Below, piece after piece: positions 10,627 through 23,732 of a stretch of DNA of 64,000 nt (position 1 is the first letter of the stretch; every line of letters begins with the position of its first letter). Where the stretch lies: NCBI GenBank assembly GCA_977016875.1, contig CDRNST010000161.1, positions 1,798,001 to 1,862,000 on the forward strand, in the 5' to 3' direction. Below the pieces are notes generated by a model. That model made no database searches. It was not told the DNA's origin and saw nothing but the letters and a program-made list of their open reading frames with translations. The position numbers were made by a program, and so were the translations under genes. This DNA is from Pavona decussata. Lineage: Eukaryota.

Positions 10627-13590
10627 ATGATAGTAACTGTTCAGTTTGTATACTGCTTTCTTAAGGAAGTGGTGAATGTGCTACTTTTCGGATTTCGTGA
10701 AGAAGATACAGAGAACCAGCCAGATGAGTTCGAGCGCACGGTGCGAGTAGAAGGTGCACCAGCGGGTGAGTGATTCAAATTATTGATGATGGCACGAAAT
10801 GGAACGATTCTCAAATTCATATGCAATCCTGCAATTTCTTTGAAGCTTTTTGCTAGTCATGTAAAGTCTAGTGAACTTTACTCAAAAAAATCAAATACAA
10901 CTAAAGTCTTGAATATTCTGCTAAACTTCAGATCTAGAATATTTACATGTACTTGATCGGCCAGTTAATTTTTGTGTTGTTTTCAAAAAGAATACTATTT
11001 GTGTCTATTGTTCATCGATGATTCTGCAGTCAGAAATCACCGATATTAAACTATTCCGTGAAGACTTCTTGGGTTATATTTTAAACATGCACCATATCTG
11101 TTGAATGTAATTGCTGCAGTAAACTTGCATTAATCATAGTAGCTTTCTTTGTCTATGGTAAATTCTGAATACAAAACTTGGTCACATTTTATTGTTGTTT
11201 GATACAGGAAAATCAAGAAAGGCTAAAGATTCAAAGACTGTTGAGACCAGGGAAGTTAATTGTGGCCTCAAAAACAATTTGGAATGTAGTTTGACTGACA
11301 ATGGAACTTTTCATACAACTACATGCAACTTGCAAGGGGAGTCAAGTTCTACATTCATTGTTTGTGAAGAAGATTGGGATAATGACATTACAAATAACAG
11401 TGCAATGGATAACAACACAAGTTTTGTAAATGGTGACATTGAGACATCAACATATTCATCAGAGAAGAATTTTTATCTTGGTGTTAGAGGAAATGAACAT
11501 CTGTTTTGTGAAGAAACATCATCAACACATTCTTCAGATTCTGAAGCTTGGACAGGAAACCAATCACAATCTAACCATCAAACAAGTTATCAAAGATCCT
11601 CTCTTCATCTTGTGTCAGAAAGAGACTGGCTAGATGAACTCGAGTCACTTTATTTCTCAGATTTGATCACAGAACTCAAACAACTGCTTTCCAGGGCTTT
11701 TGAAGCCAGCAAAAATTCCTTTGATTTTGTTCTCTATGTTGTCAAGTTTGCAGACTTTGATATTCAATCTGGCAAAAAGTCGCTTGCTTATATAACTCTT
11801 GTTGAGTTTGAAGCTTGGTTGAAGTCCAAGACCAAAGGGAGAAGTATTGAGGAGGTGCAGATGTTGGGTTTTTGGCCAACTGACAAACAAAAGGACTTGG
11901 CTTTGGATGTTGTTGTTTCCTCCACATTTTTGCTTTTTGAACCAATAAAAAGAACATTTCAACTGGATTCAGGAGAGAATGGTTTCTTGACTAAACATGT
12001 ACGATTTTTAATGCATTCCAAGAGGAGGTATAAAGAGGTGAGTAACAGCATAAATCCTGCAAGAGAAATAATCATTCAACTTGTTAGGCATGGATTCTGT
12101 TAAGTAAAAAATTACATGCATAAGGGACATCATTTTCTTCACAGTTTTCCGTCATCCAGTGGAACTGTTTCCTTTTTCAACATTTCTGACTGACTGACTG
12201 ACTGACTGACTGACTGACTGACCAACCGACCGGCCCAAAATTAAGAATCACCAGCCACATTAAATGAGGAAGCAAGGGACTTCCTTGGGCAAATGACACA
12301 TGCTTCAACAGCAGTACAATTAAATTTGTTGAGCAATGTGTCAATGGCTTTAAAATTTAAAATTATTATTATTATAAGGTAGAAGTCAGTGACATAACTT
12401 CACATAAGATCTTTTAGATGGGGTAGTAAATTTTTTCCACTGGCTGAGTTAAATGAAATATTTAGAAATGTTTTTCTCACACACCACTGGGGCATTTTAG
12501 TTGGGGCCCTTAACTAAAATCCGCCAGTCAGTTTGGAATTTGACACCAGTAACATGAGAGAACAGAAGTTTCAAGGTCAGCTCTTTTAGTTTTCTTTTCT
12601 TTTTATGAAGAGTTGCTCTCATAGTTGAAATATTTGTACTTTTATTTCTTGTGACAGGCAGCTACCATTGCATACAAGTTAAAGCTTCAAAAGCACTTTG
12701 ATGTAACTGAGGTATTTTGAGTTTTTTACTTTGTTTGCCAGTGGGCTTATTTATATTTTATTTTAAGTTTTATTAGCACCATTATATTGAGTTGGTCAAT
12801 TATAATGAACTGTATTTTTGATTAATTTCCAGACACTGTACTTCTACTGGCTCTAACACAGCAAGGATAAACTAATTAGTCAATATAATAGTTGCTATAA
12901 ATCTTTTATTGAGAATGATGTATTATTCAGTCAGTGAAAAAATACTCATAAAAAAAATCTGAGTTCTCCCAAAATGAGTCGGACATGTTGGCAGAACTCA
13001 GATTTCTTTTTTCCTGAACTATACCTGTGTCAGTGACTGAATAATACATTATTCTCATTTATTACCAGGCTTAAAATGTGCCATCACACATTTGTTCCAT
13101 TGTGCATATGCCACATATTGACAGTCAAATCCTAGCAGTATGTAGGATGTTTGTGACACTCCATGAACCTAGTTTGAAGGCGTTAAGCTCCCAAAAGTCT
13201 CCTGTAGTTCAGTGGTAAAGCATCCCAGCAAACTGAAGTAATTGGAAGGTCATAGGTTCAATTCCTGCTAGGACAGGTTTTAAAATTCCAAGTATGCCTG
13301 TGTTCGTGCTTGATTAATAAATCTATCATTCTCATTTATTTACCAGTCTTAAAACATACCAGTCCATCACTTTCCAAATCTTTTATTTTTAATTAACAGA
13401 TCTTGTTGCCTTTGATTATTGTGGATAAGTTACAACTAGCAGAGAGGTGGGTTTGCTGTCATAGGTTTTAACATTATGTACATTATTTTTGATTATTATT
13501 ATTATTGTAATAAAGATTGATTTCTTGAATTGATTTTTGTTTTTACATTTTTGAATGGCTAGTATTATGCAAATGAATACTGTACATTTC

Positions 13591-13631
<41 letters not shown>

Positions 13632-16600
13632 TTTATTAATTTATATTGCGCAAGTAGATGCAATATAAATTTTCAATTGCGCATTACAATATGATCATGA
13701 AACAAAAATAAAAATATATATAAATTATATAAAAATACAAATATAAATTCAAATTTAAATATATAAATTTCAAGAGTAATATTATGCTCGGACTGTGTAT
13801 AATATCTGGTTTCTCTTTTAAAATCTGATTTGCTGGCATCTAATTGGCAGTACAGTTGAAAGATCAAAAGACCAACACAAATGGACATTCTGTATGTACA
13901 TGTACATGTACAAGAAATTATTATTTTATTAAATAAGGGTTGAGCTACCATTTTTTTGATTTGGTTAGAAAATTTCGGGAGTTCCAAAAATTGGGGGTAG
14001 AAATTTAACCAAAGCAAATGTAAGGGAAACAACTTTTGGTTCAAAGAATCTGAAGGTTAAAGAAATCAAGGGTTTGAATAATTGAGATTCCACTGTAACA
14101 GGGCTGTCAACTCTCCCGGATAATCTGGGAGTCTCCAGATTTTGAACCGTATCTCCCGGTCTCCAGATTTATGTCAGTAATCTCCAGACTTTGAGTCGTA
14201 TCTTCTAGTGTCCAGATTTATGTCTGTAATCTTCAGGATAATTGACAAAGTTTGCTATATGTCATAGACTCGACTTTCTGCCAAGAAAATCTGAAATGTT
14301 TAGCGTTGTTTTTGTTACTGTTTAATGTATGTTCCACCCTCACCCCCCCGCCCCCCCCATTGAACCCATGAATTTGGCCTTGATGCGACGCCTGTGTAAA
14401 GCGATTTGTTATTAATGGCCGGGGAAGTCATATTCTCTATATTTGAAGACGTGTGAGGTTGACAGCCCTGCTGTAATACAATGCATGTATTTGTTTGCTT
14501 CAAACAAGTCGGAGGAAAACTTGGTTAATCAGTAGCAAATTTTACAAAATCGCTTCAACTGTATTTCACAGTAACTGTTTGTTTTGTTTTTTTTAAATAT
14601 GCTGTGTCAATTTAGTTATGTTTCGGGATGCCCAACGTCATTGCAGTTGTTCATGAAGATGATGGATGATCTGTGTTGTATGACAGATGATGAACTGGAG
14701 TTAATAGTTGAGTAAGTGCTTGAATTCCAGTGCAAGTTTTTTATTTATTATGATAATATTCCTGTATATCCAAAGTGAGTGAAGCTCATTCTTGCATCAA
14801 GATTGGCTTTGTTGCTGTGTTCTGAAGATAACTTTTGCATTTGATCTGTTCCAGAAAAACTGTTTTCCCAAAACCAAAGGATCACAGACTGAAAAATAAG
14901 ACTCTTGTCAAGTTAGGAGAGAGACTTGTAAAGATGTTTCATTTGAAAGCAGGTACGGCAATAATTGGAATGTGCTTTTTCATCACATATACTGTAAGAG
15001 CTTGTATTGCTAAAACGACATAAGATAGAGATGATTACACTTGTCTAGTTGTATCATTTCAAGTTACATTTATCAACTGAAGTTATGGAATCACCCTTTT
15101 GGAACAAATCTGACAGTTACTGGAGTTGTTTGAGTGCTGAAACATGATTGACAGTGAAACTCAGTCAAAGAAAGTGAAATAACCAGGAGAATTTAACTGG
15201 TATATTTGCATGTGAGTAGTGAACTTTGTATTTCCAAAATCTGTGTAAGCCATGGAGAAGAACAGGTCGGCAAAGACCAGTTCACACTGATTAAGTTGAT
15301 CCCCCGATTGTTCAAATCAAAGCTTTTTATATTTAATTATACAGCTATTTCAATTAACGTTGTCAGATCAAGGGTGAAAGCTTAAAGACATCTTCAAAGA
15401 GGCTGCCACCTCATGCACTTGATAATTCCTACACGTAACATTTCTTTCATCCAAATGGCTCGCCATCGTATATCTTCACTGAACGGATGAGGTATAGCTG
15501 ATTTTGATTAACTTATGCATAAAAAAATCCACAGAATGTTGAGGTCTTGTCATACAGCTTTATACTTTGATCAGACAACGTTAATTGAAATAGCTGTATA
15601 CTTTAAACTGCCAGTTATAAGACCTGGGCTTATACAACTTCACAAGGGGTTTTAGATGGGCTTATAAACGGAGGGACTTGTATCCCGGGGGTTTATAACC
15701 AGAAGAAAAAAAAAAAACGTTTGAAAACGAGCAGAGCAGAGGCTCACTGAGGAAGAGAGTTCACTGTACCAGTCTCCCCCTTTTTCAATTTCCTACAAAA
15801 GAGGGTACATATTGTACTGTACTCCATTAAAATATGTGTGTACAATGTCCTTCATTAATTTTCTTATGGCAAACAATAAGCTTTTTAGTAAATGAACTTC
15901 TAATTTGAGATCTCACTTGCCAACCTTTAACCTCTCACAATGCGCTGCACTTGTCTTCTTCCTCGTTTTAAGAAAACATAGCCTCACCTTGAACAAAATT
16001 ATGTTTTCTCCCCTTTTCTACTTTAGAGAACTTTCCCAATATATACAAAGAAAAGAATTTAAATGGACTGAGATACCTGCTGCAGAAAAAATATTCAGAT
16101 GTAAGTATGTTTAGTTTAAGAAACTGTCTTGAAAGCAGTGTAATTATTTTGTTAGAATGGTATGCTGTTTGTTAGAACTCTGATCTTCAGATCAGAGTAG
16201 TTTCCAGAGATGCAAATCTGTGAATTATAAATCTCACTAAAAGTTTATTTGCTTTTATTTTTCCATTTTAGAAGCAACCACTGAACCAGAAGTGGGATAA
16301 TCTCATTGAGGTATGTGATTCAAGCTGCAGACCTGAATTCTAAAATAAGGCTTGAACTAATATGACAACCTCATTTTTTATTATTTCAATATGTTATTAA
16401 GCTGTGCAAGCATTTACGCTACGTCATCTTGGAAAGGTTTCGCCTTCGCATGGATCAGATAACCCTTCCGAAATGATGGGCTGAGAGTATAACCGAACCA
16501 AATGACTTTTCAGATTGCTTTTTGTGGTTGTAGCTCAGATTTAATGGAGTTTTTGCCTGTGGCCTTGAATTCCTTCAGGAAACGTTGTTCCAATGTTCTA

Positions 16601-19600
16601 TTCGCTGCTTTGTGCTTCGTTTGAAATGAAAACCAATGATTATGGGTTTCCGTTTTTATCGCAAAACGAAGCGCAAAGCAGCGGATAGAAAATATTGGAG
16701 CAACGTTTCCAGAAGCAATTCAAGGCCACATGCAAAAATTCCAGTGAATCTGAGCTGAAACAGCAGAAGCAGTGGTATTGTTTGCCACTCAAGCCAAACG
16801 TGCAAATTAAATTTTGGTTACAGAACCAAAGCTAAACTTCAGAATATGATACTACTGTTCTAATCAAACAGTTTATAAAGGTTTAGGCTGTAAAAGTTTC
16901 TCTTGGTATTGTAATAGTATTCTTCTGTTTTCTTGTAGACTGCTCTTGGAGATAACAAATGGCTACAGCACAAACTGATAGAGAGCTTGGTGGAATATGA
17001 TGACATCGACGAAGCCGCTCGATGGACCATGTTTTACAGCCTTCCTCTGGATTCGGTTCCTCCCTTAGTCAGACAAGTTGTTGAGTCCCGGTAAGCTTGT
17101 AAGTTCTCTAAGTGGCTTGAAAAGGTGAAATGTGTAAGGCTGTTTTGCCATGCAAGTAGAAAGCAGCTAGTACAAAAACAATGACCGTTGCAGAAGCAAA
17201 AGTAGACTTTTCGTCTACTTAAAGTCCGTTTTCGTCGCTCGTCGGTCACTCTTTTCGGCACATAAGAAGACGACTTGAAGCAAGTCTACAGCAAAAGTGT
17301 TAACCAATTTAGCTGATGAGCTTTTTTCTAACTACACAAATCCTAAATTCTTATGAAAACCTACGCAAAACTGAGCAAGTTTGGAGTGTTTGATTTTTTT
17401 TTAGGAGTTTGAAATATTTTAAGTGTTTGTTTTAAAAAATTTCTCTTTGATACATCCTTCTTAAACTTTTATCCAGAGCCATCTGACAATTTGGAACAGA
17501 AAATGAACACAATGAGATCGAGAATGGTTATCATTGTTTAAAAACCGAGTAAGAGAGACGAAATATTGTAAGATTTTTCTTTCTCGTTGTAATAAACCAA
17601 ACCTTGATCTTCGGTCTCGTTTTGTTTATTTTCTAAAACTTTTATCTTTTTGTCCTTTTCAAAGGCAAACTACACAAGAACATGCCGAAGACTGGGAGGC
17701 CGAAATGCAAGGGAAAGTACAGCCCAAAGCATTCAATGATGAGTCTTTTTTACTCACTTCAGAACCTGCAAACTTCTATCGCCTGCCGTTACCTCTTGAC
17801 AGAATTTTTCTGATCGATAACGCGAGATCTTTAAGGGAATGTATGCAAGTACTGTGCGCGGTAAGATTTTTTCCCTGTAAGAAAATATTTTCATCACATA
17901 ACGCATCTCTGGGTCTCTTCTTGATTGGACTGTTAGCTGCTTTGAATGGTATGCTTCCCAGTTTGCGTACACACTCCATGTTTGGCGCAAAGCAAAATTT
18001 GCATTTGAGAAGCAAAAACTGTTTCTGAAGTTTTTCAGAACATTTTTCTTCCTCGCTGTAAACAAAGGTTTGCCTTCGCAACAAATGCAGGATTTGGAAA
18101 GTCGATGTAAAGTAGTTAATTTTATATCTGCATTCAATAACTTGGGGAGTGCTTGCACAGAGAGGGAGAAAACCGGAGTACCCGTAAAATAAACCCTCTC
18201 GGAACAAGGACGAGAACTAACAACAAACTCAACCCACATATGACGCCGAGTCCGGGAATCGAACCCGAGATTGGTGGGAGGCGAGTACTCTCACCACTGC
18301 GCCATCGTCGTTCCCCGCTGTTGTGTTTAAACGTGGAAGCAAGATCAGCATTTTCTGCAGCAGTGTTTGCGTTTTTTATGGAGGCATAAAAAGCGTTGAG
18401 AGAAGGAAATGTTTAGAGAAGGAGGTCAGTTAAACGGGGGGAGGAAGGGGGGGGGGGGGGAAAGGGAAGACATCATCTCAGTGGGGTACAAACTTCTTGC
18501 GCGTAATTTTCTGGTTTTTATTATCTCCCCCCCCTTTGCGCTTTTCTATTATGAAATATCGCACAAAATTTTTCCAACCTTGCCCACCCTTGGCCTCTGC
18601 CATCTCAGCGATCCCGTAAAATTCTCTGCTCTCTTTGTCTTTGCCCCCCCCCCCCCGGGGTTACTTGACCCGTGTTTGGGTATAGGGGTGCCGCTGGGGG
18701 TTTGAAACCCTGGCCCTGTTTAGGACGAAAATAACCTTAAATACCTACCCTGTATACGACAACGCCCTGTATTTTAAGACCCTATTTAGGACAAAGGACA
18801 ACATCTAGCTCTTGTTTTTCACAGGTGTTTATTGGTAATAGTAACTACATTTACTGTCACTTACCGGACGCATTGTAACGCGAACACCAATCACAACAGA
18901 TAAAATGATACATTACCTAGAAGTGATGGCGAAAAATCCCAAAATTTCGCATTAACAGCGGTGAACCTTAGGTGGAAACTTAATTGACGTGAAGCATTGT
19001 TTACCAAAATAAATACAGACAAACGTCTGGTTTCGGATTGCCAAACACTCGACAGCAGTATTGCAGCCATACCCTGTCTAGGACGGGTCCAGAAATTATA
19101 TACCCTGTTCAGGGCAGAGGGGCCAAAACTATACCCTATCCAGCGGCAGGTCCCCGTATAGCCCATATAGGGGAGTACCCCACGGGGTCTTTGCTAAAAT
19201 CCCGCTCACATGCCCCCGCCCTCCCTCTCTGCCTCTCTGTGCCTTACAAATGCACGCTTGTCTTGTTCTTCAGCCAGGTACTGTGGTGGGATTTGACACG
19301 GAATGGAGACCAACAATGTGTCGTGCTGGCACCGATGAAAGGTTTGTGTTGACAAAAGAAGATGTGATGAAATCACCCATGGGCAAGTTATTTTTCTTTT
19401 TACTTTTTTCCCCCATTTACGTAACATAGTAAAACAAAACAAAACAACCAAACCAAGCGCGAAATTAATTGCTACAGTTAATTGAAAACCGCTCTATTAG
19501 AGTTCTCAACAACAGAAATAAACGTCGGATTATTGTCCCATGAAAAGTGGTGTATTCGGATGAACAGTGAAATGGAAAAAATTTAGTTCAAAATTCTGGC

Positions 19601-21478
19601 CACTAACAAGTTCCAGTGACCATTTTACGTGCATTTCAGTGAAGGTATAAAAGATGAAACCTACGAAATAGTATTGTATTCAAGGACCGCGAGTTAGTGT
19701 CCTTAATAGCGGGAATTTATTTCAGTCAAACGTCTGTAATTTATTTTTGCCGTTGATTTAGCTGCTGTCCGTATTATCGGGGTGTCAGCCGTAATAAGCG
19801 AGGTGTCCGCAACGCGAGAGTTGACTGTCCTTACTAGTTCTAAAAAATACTTTGTTTTTACCTTACTTCTAGGCAACTAGAGATCATAATTGAAAAAAAG
19901 TCTTTGTTTTCGACTTTAGTATCGTGCTTCGTTCTTGGTCTGCAGGTTGGCGATTATTCAACTTTCCACCTGGAACGAGGTCTTTATCTTGGACATGATC
20001 GCATTGACGGACAACGTGAAAGATTCTGAAATACAACAGTTTGCTGAGAGTTTCTTTGCCAATCCAGATGTTCTCAAATTGGGTAAATCAAACTTTATGT
20101 CTAAGCCCCGGGTCTAAGAAAGGAAATAACTGGAGTTCACCTTCTGTGTTAAGAAGTCACACCAAAGGTTCTAAGTGTTGATTTAAAGTGTTGATTGTGT
20201 TGACGTCCAATGGAAATTTCACATAATATATTACCGAATGAACTGTAATTGGAGTTTTCTGGCCCTCTTTCAATATTGCAGGTTACGGTGTGGACTCGGA
20301 CTTCAGAAACCTCGTGTCCACTTGTCCGTTGTTTGAGGACGCTGTGACGCGATTGGCTCGGTTTGTTGATTTGTGCCCTTTGAGCAAACAGGTAAGTCAG
20401 CGGCAGATATTTCATTTCAGTCATGCACGAATGCCCACGTGAGTCTCCTGTATTAGCCTCAGTTGTTCAAAGAATGTATTACTGTATCACTGGATAGACC
20501 CCATGCGAAAATGGCAGCCATTTTAATATTATTTTCAAATAAGCGTCACTAGCTTCGTACAAGTTGAAATATTCTTTCGATTTTTGAACTCAAGAACGAG
20601 GTCAATAAGGGTAATTTGAATACAAACAAAACGATAATTAAAATGTCAGCCATTTTTGCAAGGGGTCTATAAATCACTATAGAGCAGATACAGTGCATTA
20701 GGTGAAATAGCGCAGTGTCATCAGGACTTAAATAAGTGCCTGTCGACTCAAATAGATCAAATGTGAGGCGTGTTTGATCATCTTGACATGAAAAGTGCGC
20801 TATAAAAATGAATAGTTGCCATTTACTTTGATTAAATTCAGTTTATTCGCTGGATGGTTGCGACTTATCTTCAGTCCTGTTAAAACTATCCACTGTTTGA
20901 GCAACCGGGGCCTTTTCTATCCCCAGGACGCAGAAATGTCTCTCTTTCACTGAATTGACAGAAAGATCTTTGAAGGACCTTGAAAGTTTTAGGTTGATAT
21001 AGTCTGTCCCCGAATCCGAGGGGGGTTTTTTATTAATAAAATTTTATTCAAGCGTTAGCCATTCGTCAGATTCGCTCGGACGAATTAGGGCTAACGCTCA
21101 AAACGTCAGCTCTGGAAACTCTTTACGGTGGCCACATTAACTTTTCAACTCAGAAAACCAAATATTCATGTCTACTCTCTCACCGACGCAACACCAATTT
21201 TTTTAGTTGAAATTTTAGAAAACGACCTCTGGCTGAAATGACTAAAAAAACTACAAGCTTTCGACTGCCCGAACTGCAGTCTTCGACGGGTAAAATGAAT
21301 TATTTAATTTTCTTATCTATCAGTGCTTTTCGTAGCCATTCGAAACCCCGCTATTACTTCTAGCAGTCGTTATTACAAACGATGCGATATTCTGTGGGTG
21401 AGCCGTCGATGGCCTTGCATCCCAACCATGGGGGATGGGGAGGGGGGCATAACAATACTTAACAATTATTCCACGAGC

Positions 21479-21517
<39 letters not shown>

Positions 21518-22753
21518 CTCGAATTGCATTATACAATGATTCAGTTTTTAATAATTCAAGTTATTTTCTGCTACGCAAACTGAACCTAGCGATGGCATCG
21601 TTGAAGCACATCGTTCCCGGTATTCACTGGATCATACGCGCCTTGCAAAGGAGGTTCAAGACAACTCCACAATGGCCTGTTGATTATTTTTTATATGTTA
21701 ACTTTTTCACAACAGATCCTCAACATACCAAGTGTTCGACGGAAGCTTGGCTCCCGCATGCACGGTGTGTCCGCTAGGGAGCGTGCGTGCATTGAAGAGG
21801 AGCGTGGTCTAAGCGAGCTTGTCTTCCTATCTCTTGGAATGCGCCTGGATAAAACATATCAGATATCAGACTGGGAGCGGCGTCCGTTAAGCGAAGACCA
21901 GTTGACTTACGCAGGTACATCTACCCCCTCACTACCTAGTCTGCTGAGTATTGGCAGTTAATTGGTCAATACGCCCTTTGTAACTAGCGGTTACATGGTA
22001 CAAAATCCACCTTGCTGGAGAGCGCGCTACGCACTGGGACATCCAAAACAAAGAAAATTCAAGTTTGACTGGATGAAGTTGCTTTGTTTTGGATGTCCCG
22101 ATGCGCAACTTTCTCGGCTCTATGTGACCGTTAGCTTCAAAAGGCCCATTCTCTCTAGTCGGACGTAAACACACTCCTAGGACGCTCTAAGTCCAAACTA
22201 TGGGCGGAATATTCGTTATTGTACATTCTCAGATGAAAATATGCTCAGTTGAAATGGCTTTTCATACTCTTTGAAAAATTTCGTTTTTTCGAAACTTACG
22301 ATTGGGGACTGACGGTTTGGGGGTTACAAATATTCTGGTGGTACATATTTTTGGGGGTGGAGAGATCTAAGCGGGGACTTTTTTTAGGGTTTCATCTGGA
22401 GAAGAATGAACCTTCTCGGTTACGTTTTGGGCCGTTGCACCGGCTTTTTTCGGACTTTTTGGGCTCATTCGCACCTTCCCCTCAGTAACATTCCTCAGTA
22501 TCTCCCTCTAGGCATTAAAATGTTAAACATGTGGGTAAAGTGAGACGAAAATATTTCCTGGCTTGAATTTATTTCCCTAGATCTTGAGTCCTTTGCGTTA
22601 AACAACTACGCACTATGTCATTGCTATCTACGTATGCCTTCTAGAATGATAATCGTTATTTAAACTATAGCACGTTTTTCTCTTACTTCTGAGCGATATG
22701 TCTTTGTTGTTGTTGTGGTTGTTTTATCCATACCTGACTATAGCAATAATAAT

Positions 22754-22790
<37 letters not shown>

Positions 22791-23650
22791 GTTATTTAAA
22801 AGAGAGAGTAAACACATAACAGCTTTTTATGAAAGCCAGTGGCCCTCTATGAACTAATAAAAACTAAAAATATCACAAGTAACTTTAAATATGTGGCAAG
22901 GACGTTTCTTGAACGCCACAGTAACCTTTGCTCTGATTGAGTAGATAAGAAATTGCAACAGAATTCAAACCAGGTGACAAATCGGTGCTTTTTTAAAAAT
23001 TGATTTCAGCTCTAGATGCCTACTGCCTGCTTGAAGTGTACGAGGTACTGAAAGTATGGGTGATGGAGTCGAGACTAAGAGTTCCCATGGAGCCACCGCT
23101 CATCCTCAGCTGGCTACAACCTAAAAAGGAGAAACAGAGGTATGGGGTTCCTACGATATTGTTGATGATTTGCGCGTATTTTTTCTTGCGCCACAACTAA
23201 CCCATTTTGCAGTTGTGTGCTTAGTGACCTGGCCTTTGAGTTGAAGCGAGTCTGGAATTGACTTTGCTTTGATACAGACCTCATTGCCTTTCAAATGTAT
23301 GTGCAAACTAATTAGCACCAGAACGAAAAATTTTCATATGAGAAACAGTGAGGCTTGTATGAAAAACAAAATCAACTCCAGCTTCGCCTCCACTCAGAGA
23401 TCAGATCACTAAGCACACAACCTTAAAGGAGCAGTATCACCTATTTTTAGTGTCACCTTGAATAACCAAAAATCGTCTTTGTATTGATGGAAAAATTAAA
23501 ACGATGGTTCAGTTTTGTCAACAATTACCCTACTAGCGCACGGAAACTTGTATTTATTAGCTCTGGCTGTGGATGGCCAGGATTGAAATGGATTGCAACT
23601 TGAAAAATTGGCCAAGTTTTTCCTGTGAGAAAATCGCCAAAAAACTGATG

Positions 23651-23732
<82 letters not shown>

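Noticed and set aside
17477-17526. Extra EXD3 exon after ttttatccag
   Set aside because: The required phase-2 entry gives an immediate TGA, and exon 9 already joins exon 10 in frame.
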